DNA of 64,000 nt from Octopus bimaculoides (taxonomy: Eukaryota), in assembly GCF_001194135.2 (NCBI RefSeq), contig NC_068984.1, positions 107,126,466 to 107,190,465 on the forward strand. Reading direction: 5' to 3'. A program made the translations under genes and the position numbers. Shown here piece by piece: positions 12,061 to 24,326 of the stretch (position 1 is its first letter; each line of letters starts with the position of its first letter). The notes under the pieces are model-generated. The model saw only the letters and a list, made by a program, of their open reading frames with translations. It was not told the DNA's origin and searched no databases.

Positions 12061-13270
12061 CAACAATTTTTTCTTATTGCTCTATTCATCTTCTTCATTT
12101 TCCATAGCCGGGCTATTTCGTACTTAAGAGGCTTGTTTCTATCTATCTTTTCACCTTCTTTTTTGACTATTCGTGGGGCCAAGGGGCATGCAACATCAAC
12201 TATATAGTACATGTGGTGCATCTCCTTGACCACCTCTAGGTCCGGCATGTTATACTCTAGCACCTGATCTGTTTGGATTGGGAAATCCCAGAGGATTTTG
12301 CTAGCCTCCAACTCCGCCACTCCCTATGGTCTGTGCTCATACCATGTTTTGTCTCTCTCTAGCCCCCACTTTTCGCACACTTTCCAATGCAGCACTTTCG
12401 CTGCCTGGTCGTGTCACCACAGCTTGTAATGGTTTTTGAGCAAGTTTTGGGCATTCGTTCGTGATATGGGCAATGGTTTTATACACTCTATTGCAGATGC
12501 ATCACAGCGGAGACACTTGCTCATTCCTAAGGTTGACCCTCCAGTTCGTGGCCAAAGCTTGGTCCTGCTCTACCAGTATAGTGCTCTCGGTCTCTTTTTT
12601 TTTGGGGGGGGGGGTTCCTATCATCAGCCAATCCCACCTGCTTTTTCCAGCAACTTCTGGTGTGGCGACATGGAATTGATTGTGTAGTCCCTTCTTGCGT
12701 AATTCTTCTTCGTGTACTTTTTGTACATTTTCCTTTGCTTTCCCATTGTTCTCTGCTCACAATACTCCATCGATCTTAAGTGTCACTAGCAAGGTTTCTT
12801 TATTTGGGCTAGGTATCTCATTATGCTTTCGAGTTCGATACGCACGCAGTCTTCCACTCTTACCAGCCCTCTTCCTGCATTTCCTCTCTTCGTGTATAGG
12901 CAATCAGTGTCTTCACATAGATGATGGTCTCCATTCCTCGTTAGGAGCTTATTGCCTGTCCATCTCCTTTAGCTCCTCCTCTGTCCACTTCTGGATTTCA
13001 GCGCCATACCGAACTATTGCGACTGCACGCGAGCTTATTACCGAAATTATGTTTCTGGCATTCAGCTTTGAAGACAATATTTTTCTCACTTACCGCAGGT
13101 AATTACTTTTTGTCTTTTCCTTCATGTCGTGGTGTTGATTCCATCATCCTCAAGTATTCCCAGGTATTTATAGCTGGATTGGGGTTGAACTGCTTTCATC
13201 ATTTCACCATTTGGCAACCGTATGCCTTCTGTCCTAGCAAGCTTTCCTCGGCTCATTATCATCGTAGCAT
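12060..13270 (-). mobile_element. R4/Dong-clade LINE, 5'-truncated: thumb, zinc knuckle and restriction-like endonuclease
   Basis: SYKYLGILE; LYTKRGNAGRGLVRVEDC; TIAHITNECPKLAQ; KILWDFPIQTD...PD...IVDVACP...KE.EK; multiple frameshifts. Confidence 0.9.
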
Positions 13271-13282
13271 ATTTTGGGAGTT

Positions 13283-13572
13283 ATTATTATTATCATTATT
13301 ATTATTATTATTTTATGTTTGACTTTTGTTTTGCATTTGTACAAGTTGGATCCAAGTCTCACCCAGAGACCTCAAGAGACAACAAGTTAGAAGTTCATGT
13401 AGGTGTTATGCCTAGGGTACCATATATTTGGATTTGTACAGTTTTGTTCAAGTGAATGTTTAAGAAACCATAAGAAAATTATGTGTTTGTTTTAAAATTT
13501 GAAATCACATAGACAGTATTTTACGTAGGATATGGGCAGTTCCCATGAGCACTATCTTTTGAATTTCAGCCA
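13283..13572 (-). mobile_element. R4/Dong-clade LINE 3' end, 3' UTR and (AAT)n tail
   Basis: AEIQKIVLMGTAHILRKILSM* (TGA at 13505-13507), about 190-bp UTR, then (AAT)n at 13283-13312; truncated by the gap. Confidence 0.85.
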
Positions 13573-14348
13573 NNNNNNNNNNNNNNNNNNNNNNNNNNNN
13601 NNNNNNNNNNNNNNNNNNNNNNNNNNNNNNNNNNNNNNNNNNNNNNNNNNNNNNNNNNNNNNNNNNNNNNNNNNNNNNNNNNNNNNNNNNNNNNNNNNNN
13701 NNNNNNNNNNNNNNNNNNNNNNNNNNNNNNNNNNNNNNNNNNNNNNNNNNNNNNNNNNNNNNNNNNNNNNNNNNNNNNNNNNNNNNNNNNNNNNNNNNNN
13801 NNNNNNNNNNNNNNNNNNNNNNNNNNNNNNNNNNNNNNNNNNNNNNNNNNNNNNNNNNNNNNNNNNNNNNNNNNNNNNNNNNNNNNNNNNNNNNNNNNNN
13901 NNNNNNNNNNNNNNNNNNNNNNNNNNNNNNNNNNNNNNNNNNNNNNNNNNNNNNNNNNNNNNNNNNNNNNNNNNNNNNNNNNNNNNNNNNNNNNNNNNNN
14001 NNNNNNNNNNNNNNNNNNNNNNNNNNNNNNNNNNNNNNNNNNNNNNNNNNNNNNNNNNNNNNNNNNNNNNNNNNNNNNNNNNNNNNNNNNNNNNNNNNNN
14101 NNNNNNNNNNNNNNNNNNNNNNNNNNNNNNNNNNNNNNNNNNNNNNNNNNNNNNNNNNNNNNNNNNNNNNNNNNNNNNNNNNNNNNNNNNNNNNNNNNNN
14201 NNNNNNNNNNNNNNNNNNNNNNNNNNNNNNNNNNNNNNNNNNNNNNNNNNNNNNNNNNNNNNNNNNNNNNNNNNNNNNNNNNNNNNNNNNNNNNNNNNNN
14301 NNNNNNNNNNNNNNNNNNNNNNNNNNNNNNNNNNNNNNNNNNNNNNNN

Positions 14349-14632
14349 AAAACACCTAAAGCTTCACGAGGCTTCGGCAGGGGGATGGTGGCGAACCCTG
14401 CTGTATTCTTTCACCACAACTTTCTCTCACTCTTACTTCCTGTTTCTGTTGTGCCTGTAATTCAAAGGGTCAGCCTTGTCACACTGTGTCACACTGAATC
14501 TCCCCGAGAACTACTTTAAAGGTACGCGTGTCTGTGGAGTGTTCAGCCACTTGCGCGTTAATTTCACGAGCAGGCTGTTCCGTTGATCGGATCAACTGGA
14601 ACCTTCTGCGTCGTAAGCGACGGAGTGCCAAC
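14349..14632 (+). mobile_element. SINE family D (head lost in gap)
   Basis: cacctaaagcttcacgagg...caggctgttccgttgatcggatc; matches 41068-41380, 18905-19212 and 52945-53247. Confidence 0.8.
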
Positions 14633-15415
14633 GATGTTGTTGTTATCATTATTCAGTTAATGTAAAATAAACTGTACTATGCATTTCTGGTTCGATGGCG
14701 AAACATGTGACTTGGTTGTTAAATTACTTTTTCAATATCAAAATTCTACATGAATTAGGAAAACGTTTAAAATAATTAAAACAAAAGATATTAGATGAAA
14801 TAATGATAACAGTCATAAAAAAAAACATACGTAACTGAGAAACTTTTAATGAAAGCCTATCTTTTCAGTTGTGTGAGTCTCTTCAGTAAAGGCCACATTT
14901 GATGTCCGCGTTAAAATTAACTGTGTTTCTTTTCTTTTTCTGTCTGTTTTTACTTCATGTTATGAACCGGTTGGACTAATTTCACAACTGAATAACAATT
15001 CAAACTTGATATTTTCTAAAAGACATTTTCAAGTGGGGCAGGAAGAAGGAAAGAAAAACATCATACGATTGATAATAATTTGATTGCGGTGTTCGAATTA
15101 TTTTCGGTTTTGCAAAACCAAGCGTCATGATTTGATGAGAAATCAGTGGGTTGATGAAATTGCTGTTGATTATGGAAATATCCAAGTGTAATTCTTTTAA
15201 CGTAAAACATATCCTCCGATTTGTAGAATGTAGGTTTTTCTCTGTAGATATTATGTATGACAAAATTCAATAAAATACGTATTTTAAAGAGATACGACAT
15301 ATCTAACAGTGTTGAGGGAGATACGGTATTTTTTAAAAATAAAACACACACACAGGCATACAAAAACGCGTATGATATATTTATGTATATATATTATGTA
15401 TACATATATATATAT

Positions 15416-15580
15416 ACGACAGGCTTATTTCAGTTTCCGTCTACCAAATCCACTCACAAGGTTTTGATCGGCCCGAGACTATAATAGAAGACACGTGCCC
15501 AAGATGTCACGCAGTGGGACTGAAACCGGGACCATGTGGTCCATAAGCAAGCTACGTACCACGCAGCCACTCCTACACCT
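15416..15580 (-). mobile_element. SINE family B head (CORE-like)
   Basis: Reverse complement aligns to 25141-25310. Confidence 0.8.
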
Positions 15581-16244
15581 ATATATATAATATATATATA
15601 TATGTAATATTATATATATATATATTATATATAATATAGTGGAGGTGCAATGGTCCAGTGGTTAGGGGGAACACATACACCATGAAAACCGGGAAAGCGG
15701 CTCTATGCTCCACAAGGGGATAAGAGGATTTCCAATATATGTAATATATATCATTTATAATACATATTATATATATATAATTATATATATATAAAGTGAA
15801 GTATACTTGCCACTTAAATGTGGCTGACCCCTAAGGGTGGATGTTACTGTTGCTTTTAGTCCCAGGAGAACATCTCCTCCAGCTGGCTATCGACACACAT
15901 CTGTGTCCTGTCTATATTTGCCAAGGGAAGTTATCTTTCCCATCTTGATCTGCGATACGTACGGACTCGAGTTTCAGGGTAATTTCCCTTCTTCAGCGTA
16001 CGACAATCGCCGACCTTCGGTGAGAAAGATATTTCCTGGCAAAATATATGTCTTTTTCCAGTGAAGTTATTCACTGATATCGAAAAAGTGAAAACAAGCA
16101 ATGTTAAATCNNNNNNNNNNNNNNNNNNNNNNNNNNNNNNNNNNNNNNNNNNNNNNNNNNNNNNNNNNNNNNNNNNNNNNNNNNNNNNNNNNNNNNNNNN
16201 NNNNNNNNNNNNNNNNNNNNNNNNNNNNNNNNNNNNNNNNNNNN

Positions 16245-16289
<45 letters not shown>

Positions 16290-16291
<2 letters not shown>

Positions 16292-16450
16292 ACGTCCCGG
16301 TAACGTAGCGGTTCGGCGCAAAAGATCGACAGAATAAGTACCAGGCTTACAAAAAATAAGTCCAATGGTCGATTTCTTCGACTAAATGGTGGTGCTCCAG
16401 CACGGTCACAGTCAAAATGACTGAAACAAGTAAAAGAATTAAAGAATAAG
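16290..16450 (+). mobile_element. SINE family B tail after internal (TG)n
   Basis: tttacgtcccggtaacgtagcggttcggc...atgactgaaacaagtaaaaga matches 25390-25560. Confidence 0.8.
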
Positions 16451-16772
16451 CAAAAATATCCCTCCCAAATATCATAAATTCAAATATAGGTTTTTAATAC
16501 ATCCTGCCAAATAGTCATTAATAGAAGAATATTTAACAACAGATATAATGGATCTAGTTAAACAACAGATATAATGGATCTAGTTAAACTGATTCACAAA
16601 ATCAGCCCCCTTTAATTTTGCTCAGATTGCTTTCAATTTTGGTGTATCGATACAACTCTGAATTTTTGTTACGATCAACCAATTACTTTATCTCGTAAAT
16701 TAAAGAATTTTATGTTATTTGGAATTAAAGTTGGGAAATTCGGGTAATTTTAGCCTATCAACATAACAGCTT

Positions 16773-16786
16773 GTTACCATGACAAC
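16773..16786. promoter_or_regulatory. RFX X-box-like motif GTTACCATGACAAC
   Basis: Reverse complement GTTGTCATGGTAAC fits the GTHNYY-AT-RRNAAC X-box consensus; function not shown. Confidence 0.3.
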
Positions 16787-17229
16787 TGCACGTTGTGTTG
16801 TGTTGATTTTTCACACCACAAGATTTACTTCACCTATGTGTTTTGTTTTAATAAAAGTTTATATTTATCACTTAGAATTTTATTATGGATATTTTTCGTC
16901 AATTGTCTTAATATTTTACATATTTTTCATATATCGCAAAAGTTGTTTGCGATGTTTATGCAGTTTCTTGGCATTATGATGGTGAATGGAATATGTGAAC
17001 TTAGTACACAACCGCACACCTACACTTCAAATACAGTACTGACAAAGCATCGGTGACCCATTGACTCAGTACTGCCAAGCTTCAGGAACTCATTGACTCA
17101 AAAAGCGGGATTTCTGATTTCACTAGGTTAATTCTATTCATAAACATTTAAATTAGGAGTATTACTTAAACTGTTAGCTTCACATTTCAACATCTTAACT
17201 GAAATTTAACCCTCATAACAGGAACTGAG

Positions 17230-17354
17230 AGGGATATCGTGGAACAGAGAAATTGTCTGTGATACAGATAATTTGACGTTACTTTTGAATTCTGTATGCA
17301 AAAAAATACAGGATACAGGTACTTTTCTTGGGACAAATTCTTTGTTGACCAGTG
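17230..17354. mobile_element. Solo Chapaev3-like terminus
   Basis: ttgttgaccagtg (17342-17354) followed by TTA is identical to the TIR plus TSD at 57704-57719. Confidence 0.5.
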
Positions 17355-18104
17355 TTATTCTTATCGTAGTTTACAAATCCAAGCATGAAAACGTTACTCA
17401 ACTTTGAAGATTTGGAGACAGACGCCCCCTTTTCACAGGCATACACACGCACACAAACACATTTCAATTCATAAATGTACATATAAATTTATAAAGGAAT
17501 ATATACATCTACATGCGCTTATATATTAATGAGGTACACAAATACATGACAGTTATACATAATACTGAAATACGCATAAAGTAAATACATGCAGATAAAT
17601 ATATTAATATAAATTTTTTAAGAAAATAATAAAGATAGAAACAGTAAGATGATACAAGTTAATTGTATTAGGTATTTTTGTTTATTTAGAAACTTACAAT
17701 GAACAAGTCATTTCACAGACGCGAAACTATAAATTTCACAAGGTACAACCTTAAAGTTGATACCACTGAAAGCAGAAATTCCTGTCTCGCTATTGGCTAA
17801 AAGTACAGTTTTTTCGATTTTTAAACCTCTGTAACTTTCTCCTCCTATTTCTTCTCCACAACACCATGCCTTTATAGCAGTAAGAATGAAAAACTACATT
17901 AATATAGCCGATTTTCAGATTTTTTTTACTTCCTTTTAAAAAATACAGATTTTGTAAATCAGTTTAACTAGATCCGATATAATTAACTAAGTAATTAATA
18001 AATATATTTTGTACTATATTTAGAAGATATCCAACGAAGAATAATATATTTAAATGTAAGGAAAAATAGAACAGAGCCACAAACGGTATTTTTAATATAT
18101 ATGT

Positions 18105-18325
18105 CTGCAGGTAAGGTTGTTAGCTAGGAAAATTGTTAGAACACTGGACATGATGTTTAGTGACATTGCATTCGTCTTTACGTTTTCAGTTCAAATTTCG
18201 CCGAGGTCGACTTTGCCCTTCATCCTTTCGGGGACGATAAAATAAGTATCATAGGGGTCAATGTAATCGACTTACCCACTCCCATAAAGTTGCTGGCCTT
18301 GTGCCAACATTTGAAACCAATATGT
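18105..18325 (+). mobile_element. SINE family A
   Basis: gttcaaatttcgccgaggtcgactttgcccttcatcctttcgggg...ggccttgtgccaacatttgaaacc. Confidence 0.8.
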
Positions 18326-18367
18326 CTGTCCGGAGATAGATAGGTAGATAGATGGAGATAGAGATAA

Positions 18368-18419
<52 letters not shown>

Positions 18420-18439
18420 GGACAAACATACATGAACGC

Positions 18440-18715
18440 TAGGACACATAAGGCGCTGGAGCTTAATCTGGTTTCCGTTGCATGTTAGTTCGTGGCTGAG
18501 ATTACAGCATCCCAACCCCCACTGAAAAGAATGCCATTCTACCGCATGGTGGGATAATCTCTCATCTATTGCTGGAACTCATTTGCTGCTCAGTGAACAG
18601 CAGCCACGTGAAATGAAGTGTTTTGTTGAACAACACTACATACCACTCTGTCTGAGAATCGATATCGTAATGCTACGAATGAGTGCAACATTCTAACCAC
18701 TATGCACCTTTGCAT
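18440..18715 (-). mobile_element. Decayed CORE-like SINE
   Basis: cacgtgaaatgaagtgttttgttgaacaacac motif and tRNA-like head on minus. Confidence 0.55.
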
Positions 18716-18904
18716 GCGCATTTGCACGCGCGCGCGTGTGTGTATGTGAGATTGTGAGAAACAAAGGGAGAGTAAAATAAAATAGGCGTGGTCAGTGTTT
18801 ATAGATAGATGGATAAATAGGGAGAGAGAGAGAGTGATACAACCATACACACATGCATAGATAAACAGATAGACAAATGTTTGTGTGTATATATATACAT
18901 GTAT

Positions 18905-19212
18905 AGGAGCACTCCGTCGGTTACAACGACGAGGGTCCCAGCTGATACGATCAAAGGAACAGCTTCCTCGTGAAATTAACGTGCAAGTGGCTGAGCATTT
19001 TACAGACACTTGTACCCTTAACGTAGTTCTGAAGGAGATTCAGCTTGACACAGAGTGCGTGACAAGGCTGGCCTTTTTTGAAATACAGGTACTACTCATT
19101 GTTGACAGCTGAGTGGACTGGAAATAAAGTGTCTTGCTCAAAGACACAACGATCGCCGGGAATTGAAATAACGATTATGAGCCGAATGCCCCAACCACTA
19201 GGCCACGCGCCT
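18905..19212 (-). mobile_element. SINE family D
   Basis: Reverse complement of the 14349/41068-type body, with tRNA-like head at 19150-19212. Confidence 0.8.
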
Positions 19213-19587
19213 TCACCATATATACATGTATACTACATATATTTATATGAGTATATATACATATAGCTAAACTAAAAAAAAACCAAGCAGAAAATGTTTA
19301 CAATATTTCTCTAATTTCTAGAAATTTCTAAATATTCATTAATGAACAAAACAATAAAGTTTTTACATAATTAGACTATTAATTAACTAATTTTATTATT
19401 TACGCATTTGCATGAGACGACATACGGACAATAATAAATGTTCATGTAAAACAAAATATGGAAATGTTTAACACAAATATATTGTAATGTATATGACAGA
19501 AATAAGTTGCGGCTTTTCTTTTTTGCTGCGGGACTTGCTGTTGTTGTTTTTGTTATTGCTGTCGGTACTGTTATGATTGTTATTAAA

Positions 19588-19800
19588 AAGGCGGCAAGCT
19601 AGCAGAATTGCTTGTGCGCCGGGCAAAGTGCTTAGCAGCATGTTGTCCCTCTTTACGTTGTGAGTTCAAATTCCGCCGAGGTCGACTCTGCCTTTCATCC
19701 TTTCGGGGTCAATAAAATGAATACCAGTTGAGCACTGGGGTCGATGTATTCGACTTATACCCCTCCCCCTAACTTCTGGCCTTGTGCCAGAATTTAAAAC

Positions 19801-19840
<40 letters not shown>
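19588..19840 (+). mobile_element. SINE family A with (ATT)n tail
   Basis: ggcggcaagctagcagaattg head, central domain, (ATT)n at 19800-19840. Confidence 0.85.
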
Positions 19841-19842
<2 letters not shown>

Positions 19843-19889
19843 GGTGACGAGGTGGCTGATTACCACAGGTACACTTTCTCTTTTTCTTT

Positions 19890-20630
19890 CACATGTAACT
19901 ATCATCAGTTCCCCCATTTGGCATACATATACCATATGTTCTGATAAGCTTTTCTCGACTCATCACCAACACAGTATATTTTGAAAGTCGAAACTTCATC
20001 TTGATTTCATACGAAAAAATCCTCACAGAATGGGTTAGACTGTTCCATTCTGCCTCACTTTTTGTGACCAAGTTCAAATACTCCAGAAATAGCGGATGAT
20101 TCAACTGTCCTTTACCACTTCCTAGATCATACCCCAACATTGTTTTCTGCAGTATTTCACTCAAGGGTATCATTTCAATGGAATACGCCGTCCTCCTGAC
20201 AGATTCCTCTCCAAAGTTTCACCTCTCCTTACACCTGATTCGCCGTTGTCAATTCAGTTCGCCAACATTTCGTACTGTTCCGTATAAGGCTTCTCTTGTT
20301 TTCTGCCACTCCATACATTTTCATAGTTCTAGTTTCCCAAGAGTGTAATATCGTATGAAATACTTTACATAATCAATCCGCCATGCTCAAGTTTGTGTGC
20401 CTCCTCTTAAAACTTATGGTGATTAGCTTGTTAATTAATAGCTTATCTTTCCTTCCTGACTGTAGTTTCCACATGAGCGGAAGACTCGTTATCGATCGAA
20501 AATTGAATACAATGTTACTATCTCCCTCTTTGTCATCAGTCGTCATCAGTTGAGTACTGAGTCTTCCTGCTAGAATTTATCCAGCTGTTCTACTATTGTT
20601 AGATGGAGCCCCCTCACTTGCTTCATCCAA
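19890..20630 (-). mobile_element. R4/Dong-clade LINE RT fragment, heavily decayed
   Basis: FRSITSLPLMWKL; KLLINKLI...NLSMA; GQLNHPLFLEYLNLVTK...VRIFS. Confidence 0.75.
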
Positions 20631-21090
20631 TATTGTTGGACATTTTCAGGCTCCAGGCAAGATATTTAGTGGTATCTTTTCTGGATTTTTACGTTCCGAG
20701 TTCAAATTCCACCGATGTCAATTTGCCTCTCATCCTTAAAATAAGTACCAATTAAGCACTGGGCTCCATACAATCGATTATCCCTTTCCCACGATACTGC
20801 TGGCTTTGAGCCTATGGTACAATTATTGCTATAATTCAAGTGGTGTTCCTTGACGATGTAATAATTACAGTAACATTATTCTGTGGTTTATGAATATAAT
20901 TTGTGATAGTTTGAAAAATTGCAAGACAGACTCTTTAAACCGAGCCAAGGGGTAGACCAACAACGAAATGGCTGGATGATATACATAATTTCAGTTGGTT
21001 ACACTTGGGAATCCTGCAGAAAGTGTATTGAAAGTTGCTTCTGATAGGACGCTATGGAGTGGTTGCATGCATGCATGCATGGATTGATGA

Positions 21091-21138
21091 ATGGATGGAT
21101 GGATGGATGGATGGATGGATGGATGGATGGATGGATGG
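21091..21138. repeat. (GGAT)n microsatellite
   Basis: Direct reading. Confidence 0.95.
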
Positions 21139-21164
21139 AAGATTAAGTGATTATTCGTTGTTTA

Positions 21165-21400
21165 GTAATTATATGCACTTGAGTAACTACATGTATTGAG
21201 TAATTATGTGTAAATAAGTAAATAACTGTCACTGAGTAATTATACGCAAAGATGAGTAATCATTTGAAAATTAGGTAACCATATGTAACCGAGTAATTAC
21301 GTATATGCAACTGAGTAATTAGGTATTACTAAGTGATAATGATTTGTTGAGTAATTATATGTGAGTGATTATAAGCAGCTGGATAATTAAGTATAATTGG
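21165..21400. repeat. Degenerate minisatellite with tgagtaatta core, unit about 17-21 bp
   Basis: About 10 recurrences of (t)gagtaa(t/c). Confidence 0.6.
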
Positions 21401-21434
21401 AGAAATCTTATATTAGTGTATAATTATATATAAC

Positions 21435-21474
<40 letters not shown>

Positions 21475-22177
21475 AATATATATATATATATACATGTAAA
21501 TCTGTTTTCATAAAACCGAAACGACTGCATGGAGAAAAGGATGTGATAAGCATGGTTAGAAGACCATAGATCACCGGTAGTGCTCGATCAGGGTTAAACT
21601 GAGGTTAACAACAAAGCAACAAACGTGACAAAATCAAACCTGCTCGTGTGTGGACACACGGTATTTTAGGAATAACAACCAAGACTCCATAAAACAAAAA
21701 ATGTGATAGTTACTGCTGTAATGCTACTGATCTTAGGTTGTACTCAACTAGGAGTGATCTGTGATTAAACACAAACAGGCAACAACAAATGCAGTAACAC
21801 AATTTCTCAGATCAGAGGATGAGTTAATTATGGAGGATTCTAATTAAGGAAACGTAATTAATTAAGAGAGAGGGAGAGGGAGGCACACATTAGGATTAGT
21901 CATTTATTCATGTGTTTTTTTCTATTAATACATGCTCACTAAGAAAATTAATCCACTGAGTTTCCCACGTTCCTCAAAGGCAGTTCACAACGAATATACT
22001 AACTGCAAAATATTCAAAGGTATTTGGAAAATATGCTGCAAGTTAAGCATGAACGCTTTTAGAAAATGGTAGAATTAATTTGGTACCTGCAGCCGTTATG
22101 TAGAATTTCACCCACAGAAATTAGCACATTCACACGGATACTCTGTGTGTGTGTATGTTCATAAATATATAAATAAA

Positions 22178-22227
<50 letters not shown>

Positions 22228-23087
22228 NNNNNNNNNNNNNNNNNNNNNNNNNNNNNNNNNNNNNNNNNNNNNNNNNNNNNNNNNNNNNNNNNNNNNNNNN
22301 NNNNNNNNNNNNNNNNNNNNNNNNNNNNNNNNNNNNNNNNNNNNNNNNNNNNNNNNNNNNNNNNNNNNNNNNNNNNNNNNNNNNNNNNNNNNNNNNNNNN
22401 NNNNNNNNNNNNNNNNNNNNNNNNNNNNNNNNNNNNNNNNNNNNNNNNNNNNNNNNNNNNNNNNNNNNNNNNNNNNNNNNNNNNNNNNNNNNNNNNNNNN
22501 NNNNNNNNNNNNNNNNNNNNNNNNNNNNNNNNNNNNNNNNNNNNNNNNNNNNNNNNNNNNNNNNNNNNNNNNNNNNNNNNNNNNNNNNNNNNNNNNNNNN
22601 NNNNNNNNNNNNNNNNNNNNNNNNNNNNNNNNNNNNNNNNNNNNNNNNNNNNNNNNNNNNNNNNNNNNNNNNNNNNNNNNNNNNNNNNNNNNNNNNNNNN
22701 NNNNNNNNNNNNNNNNNNNNNNNNNNNNNNNNNNNNNNNNNNNNNNNNNNNNNNNNNNNNNNNNNNNNNNNNNNNNNNNNNNNNNNNNNNNNNNNNNNNN
22801 NNNNNNNNNNNNNNNNNNNNNNNNNNNNNNNNNNNNNNNNNNNNNNNNNNNNNNNNNNNNNNNNNNNNNNNNNNNNNNNNNNNNNNNNNNNNNNNNNNNN
22901 NNNNNNNNNNNNNNNNNNNNNNNNNNNNNNNNNNNNNNNNNNNNNNNNNNNNNNNNNNNNNNNNNNNNNNNNNNNNNNNNNNNNNNNNNNNNNNNNNNNN
23001 NNNNNNNNNNNNNNNNNNNNNNNNNNNNNNNNNNNNNNNNNNNNNNNNNNNNNNNNNNNNNNNNNNNNNNNNNNNNNNNNNNNNNNN

Positions 23088-24326
23088 AAATGTTACATTT
23101 AATTGAAATTTAATCATCAATATACTTTCCCTCATTATCTATGACTTCCTTCCATCTATTTACAAGCTTTTTAATCTCATCAATGTAAAACTCTTTTGGT
23201 TTCAAAGCGAAGAACTCTGAAATGTCAGTTTCGATCTCCTCCTGGTTTGCGAAAGTTATGTTCCCCAAATGATTCTGTAAACTACGAAACAAAAGGTAGC
23301 CTGAAGGAGCAAGGTCGGGAGAATAAGGTGGATGAGAATTTTTTTCCCAACTAAGCTCTTCAATCTTCTGTGATGTGATCTTTGCAGTGTGGGGTCGCGC
23401 ATTGTCCTGATGAAACATCACTCCTTTTCTATTCACTAAAGCGGGTCTTTTTTCTCTTCAAAGCTTGATTCAAACGCTCTAATTGCTGACAGTAGATTTG
23501 AGCATTGATTGTTGCATTAGTTGGTAACAATTCAAAGTGAATTACTTCTTTGCAATCCCACCAGTTAGAGAGAAGAACTGTTTTTCCCATGAAGTGTCCT
23601 TCTCGGTTGTGGTTGTACTTTTTCCCTTTTACCAAGCCACTGTTTATGACGTTTAACATTTCGATAGAAGATCCATTTTTCGTCACCAGTCACAAGTCTA
23701 TCCAAAACAGATGAAATGAGTTTGCGAGAATGGAGAGAAGAGCAGATATCAACTCGGGATTTGCGGTTGCCTTCGGACAATTCATGAGTCTCCCATTTTC
23801 CAAGTTTAGGAACCTTTCCAAGTTGTTGAAGATAACGATGAACAGTTATATGGTTTGAACTAAGCTTTATTGCCAATTCTTCAACTGAAGATGCAGGATT
23901 TTCTTCAAGTAATGCCTCAAGGGGCTTATCATCAAACTCAAGCTAGACTGCCGTTTGATCTTCATCTTCAAGGATGAAATCTCCACTTCCGAATTTTGCA
24001 AATCATCTTCTGCAAGTTCTTCCATTCAAGCATTCTTTCCCATAAACTGAGTGTATGTTTCGAGTCGCTTCGGCTACAGAGTTTCCTTGTTTGTAATCAT
24101 AAAGCATTATGTGCCTCAAATGCTCATTGGATACTTCCATGTTAGAAAGGGTTTTAATCAAAGAAATTTTAATTCTACTATTCTGTAAAATAATATTTAA
24201 TTAGTTTAAGTGTACACAAATGCATAAAAATAATTTTTAATTCCATTAGACATTCTAGAATACTATTTAAATTTCATTCAATTTTAAAAAAGGTAAAATC
24301 GGGCAGAACTTATGGGATGACCTGAT
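23088..24326 (-). mobile_element. Mariner transposon, near full length, inactive
   Basis: ATG at 24140 (MEVSNEHLRHIMLYDYKQGNS), WETHEL, VTGDEKW, HQDNARPH, YSPDLAPSGY (third D is G, 34 spacing); stops and frameshifts; 5' TIR tatcaggtcatcccataagttctgcccg; 3' TIR falls in the gap. Confidence 0.93.

Noticed and set aside
14680-14715. tggcGAAACATGT hammerhead-like 3' half
   Set aside because: No CUGANGA box upstream.
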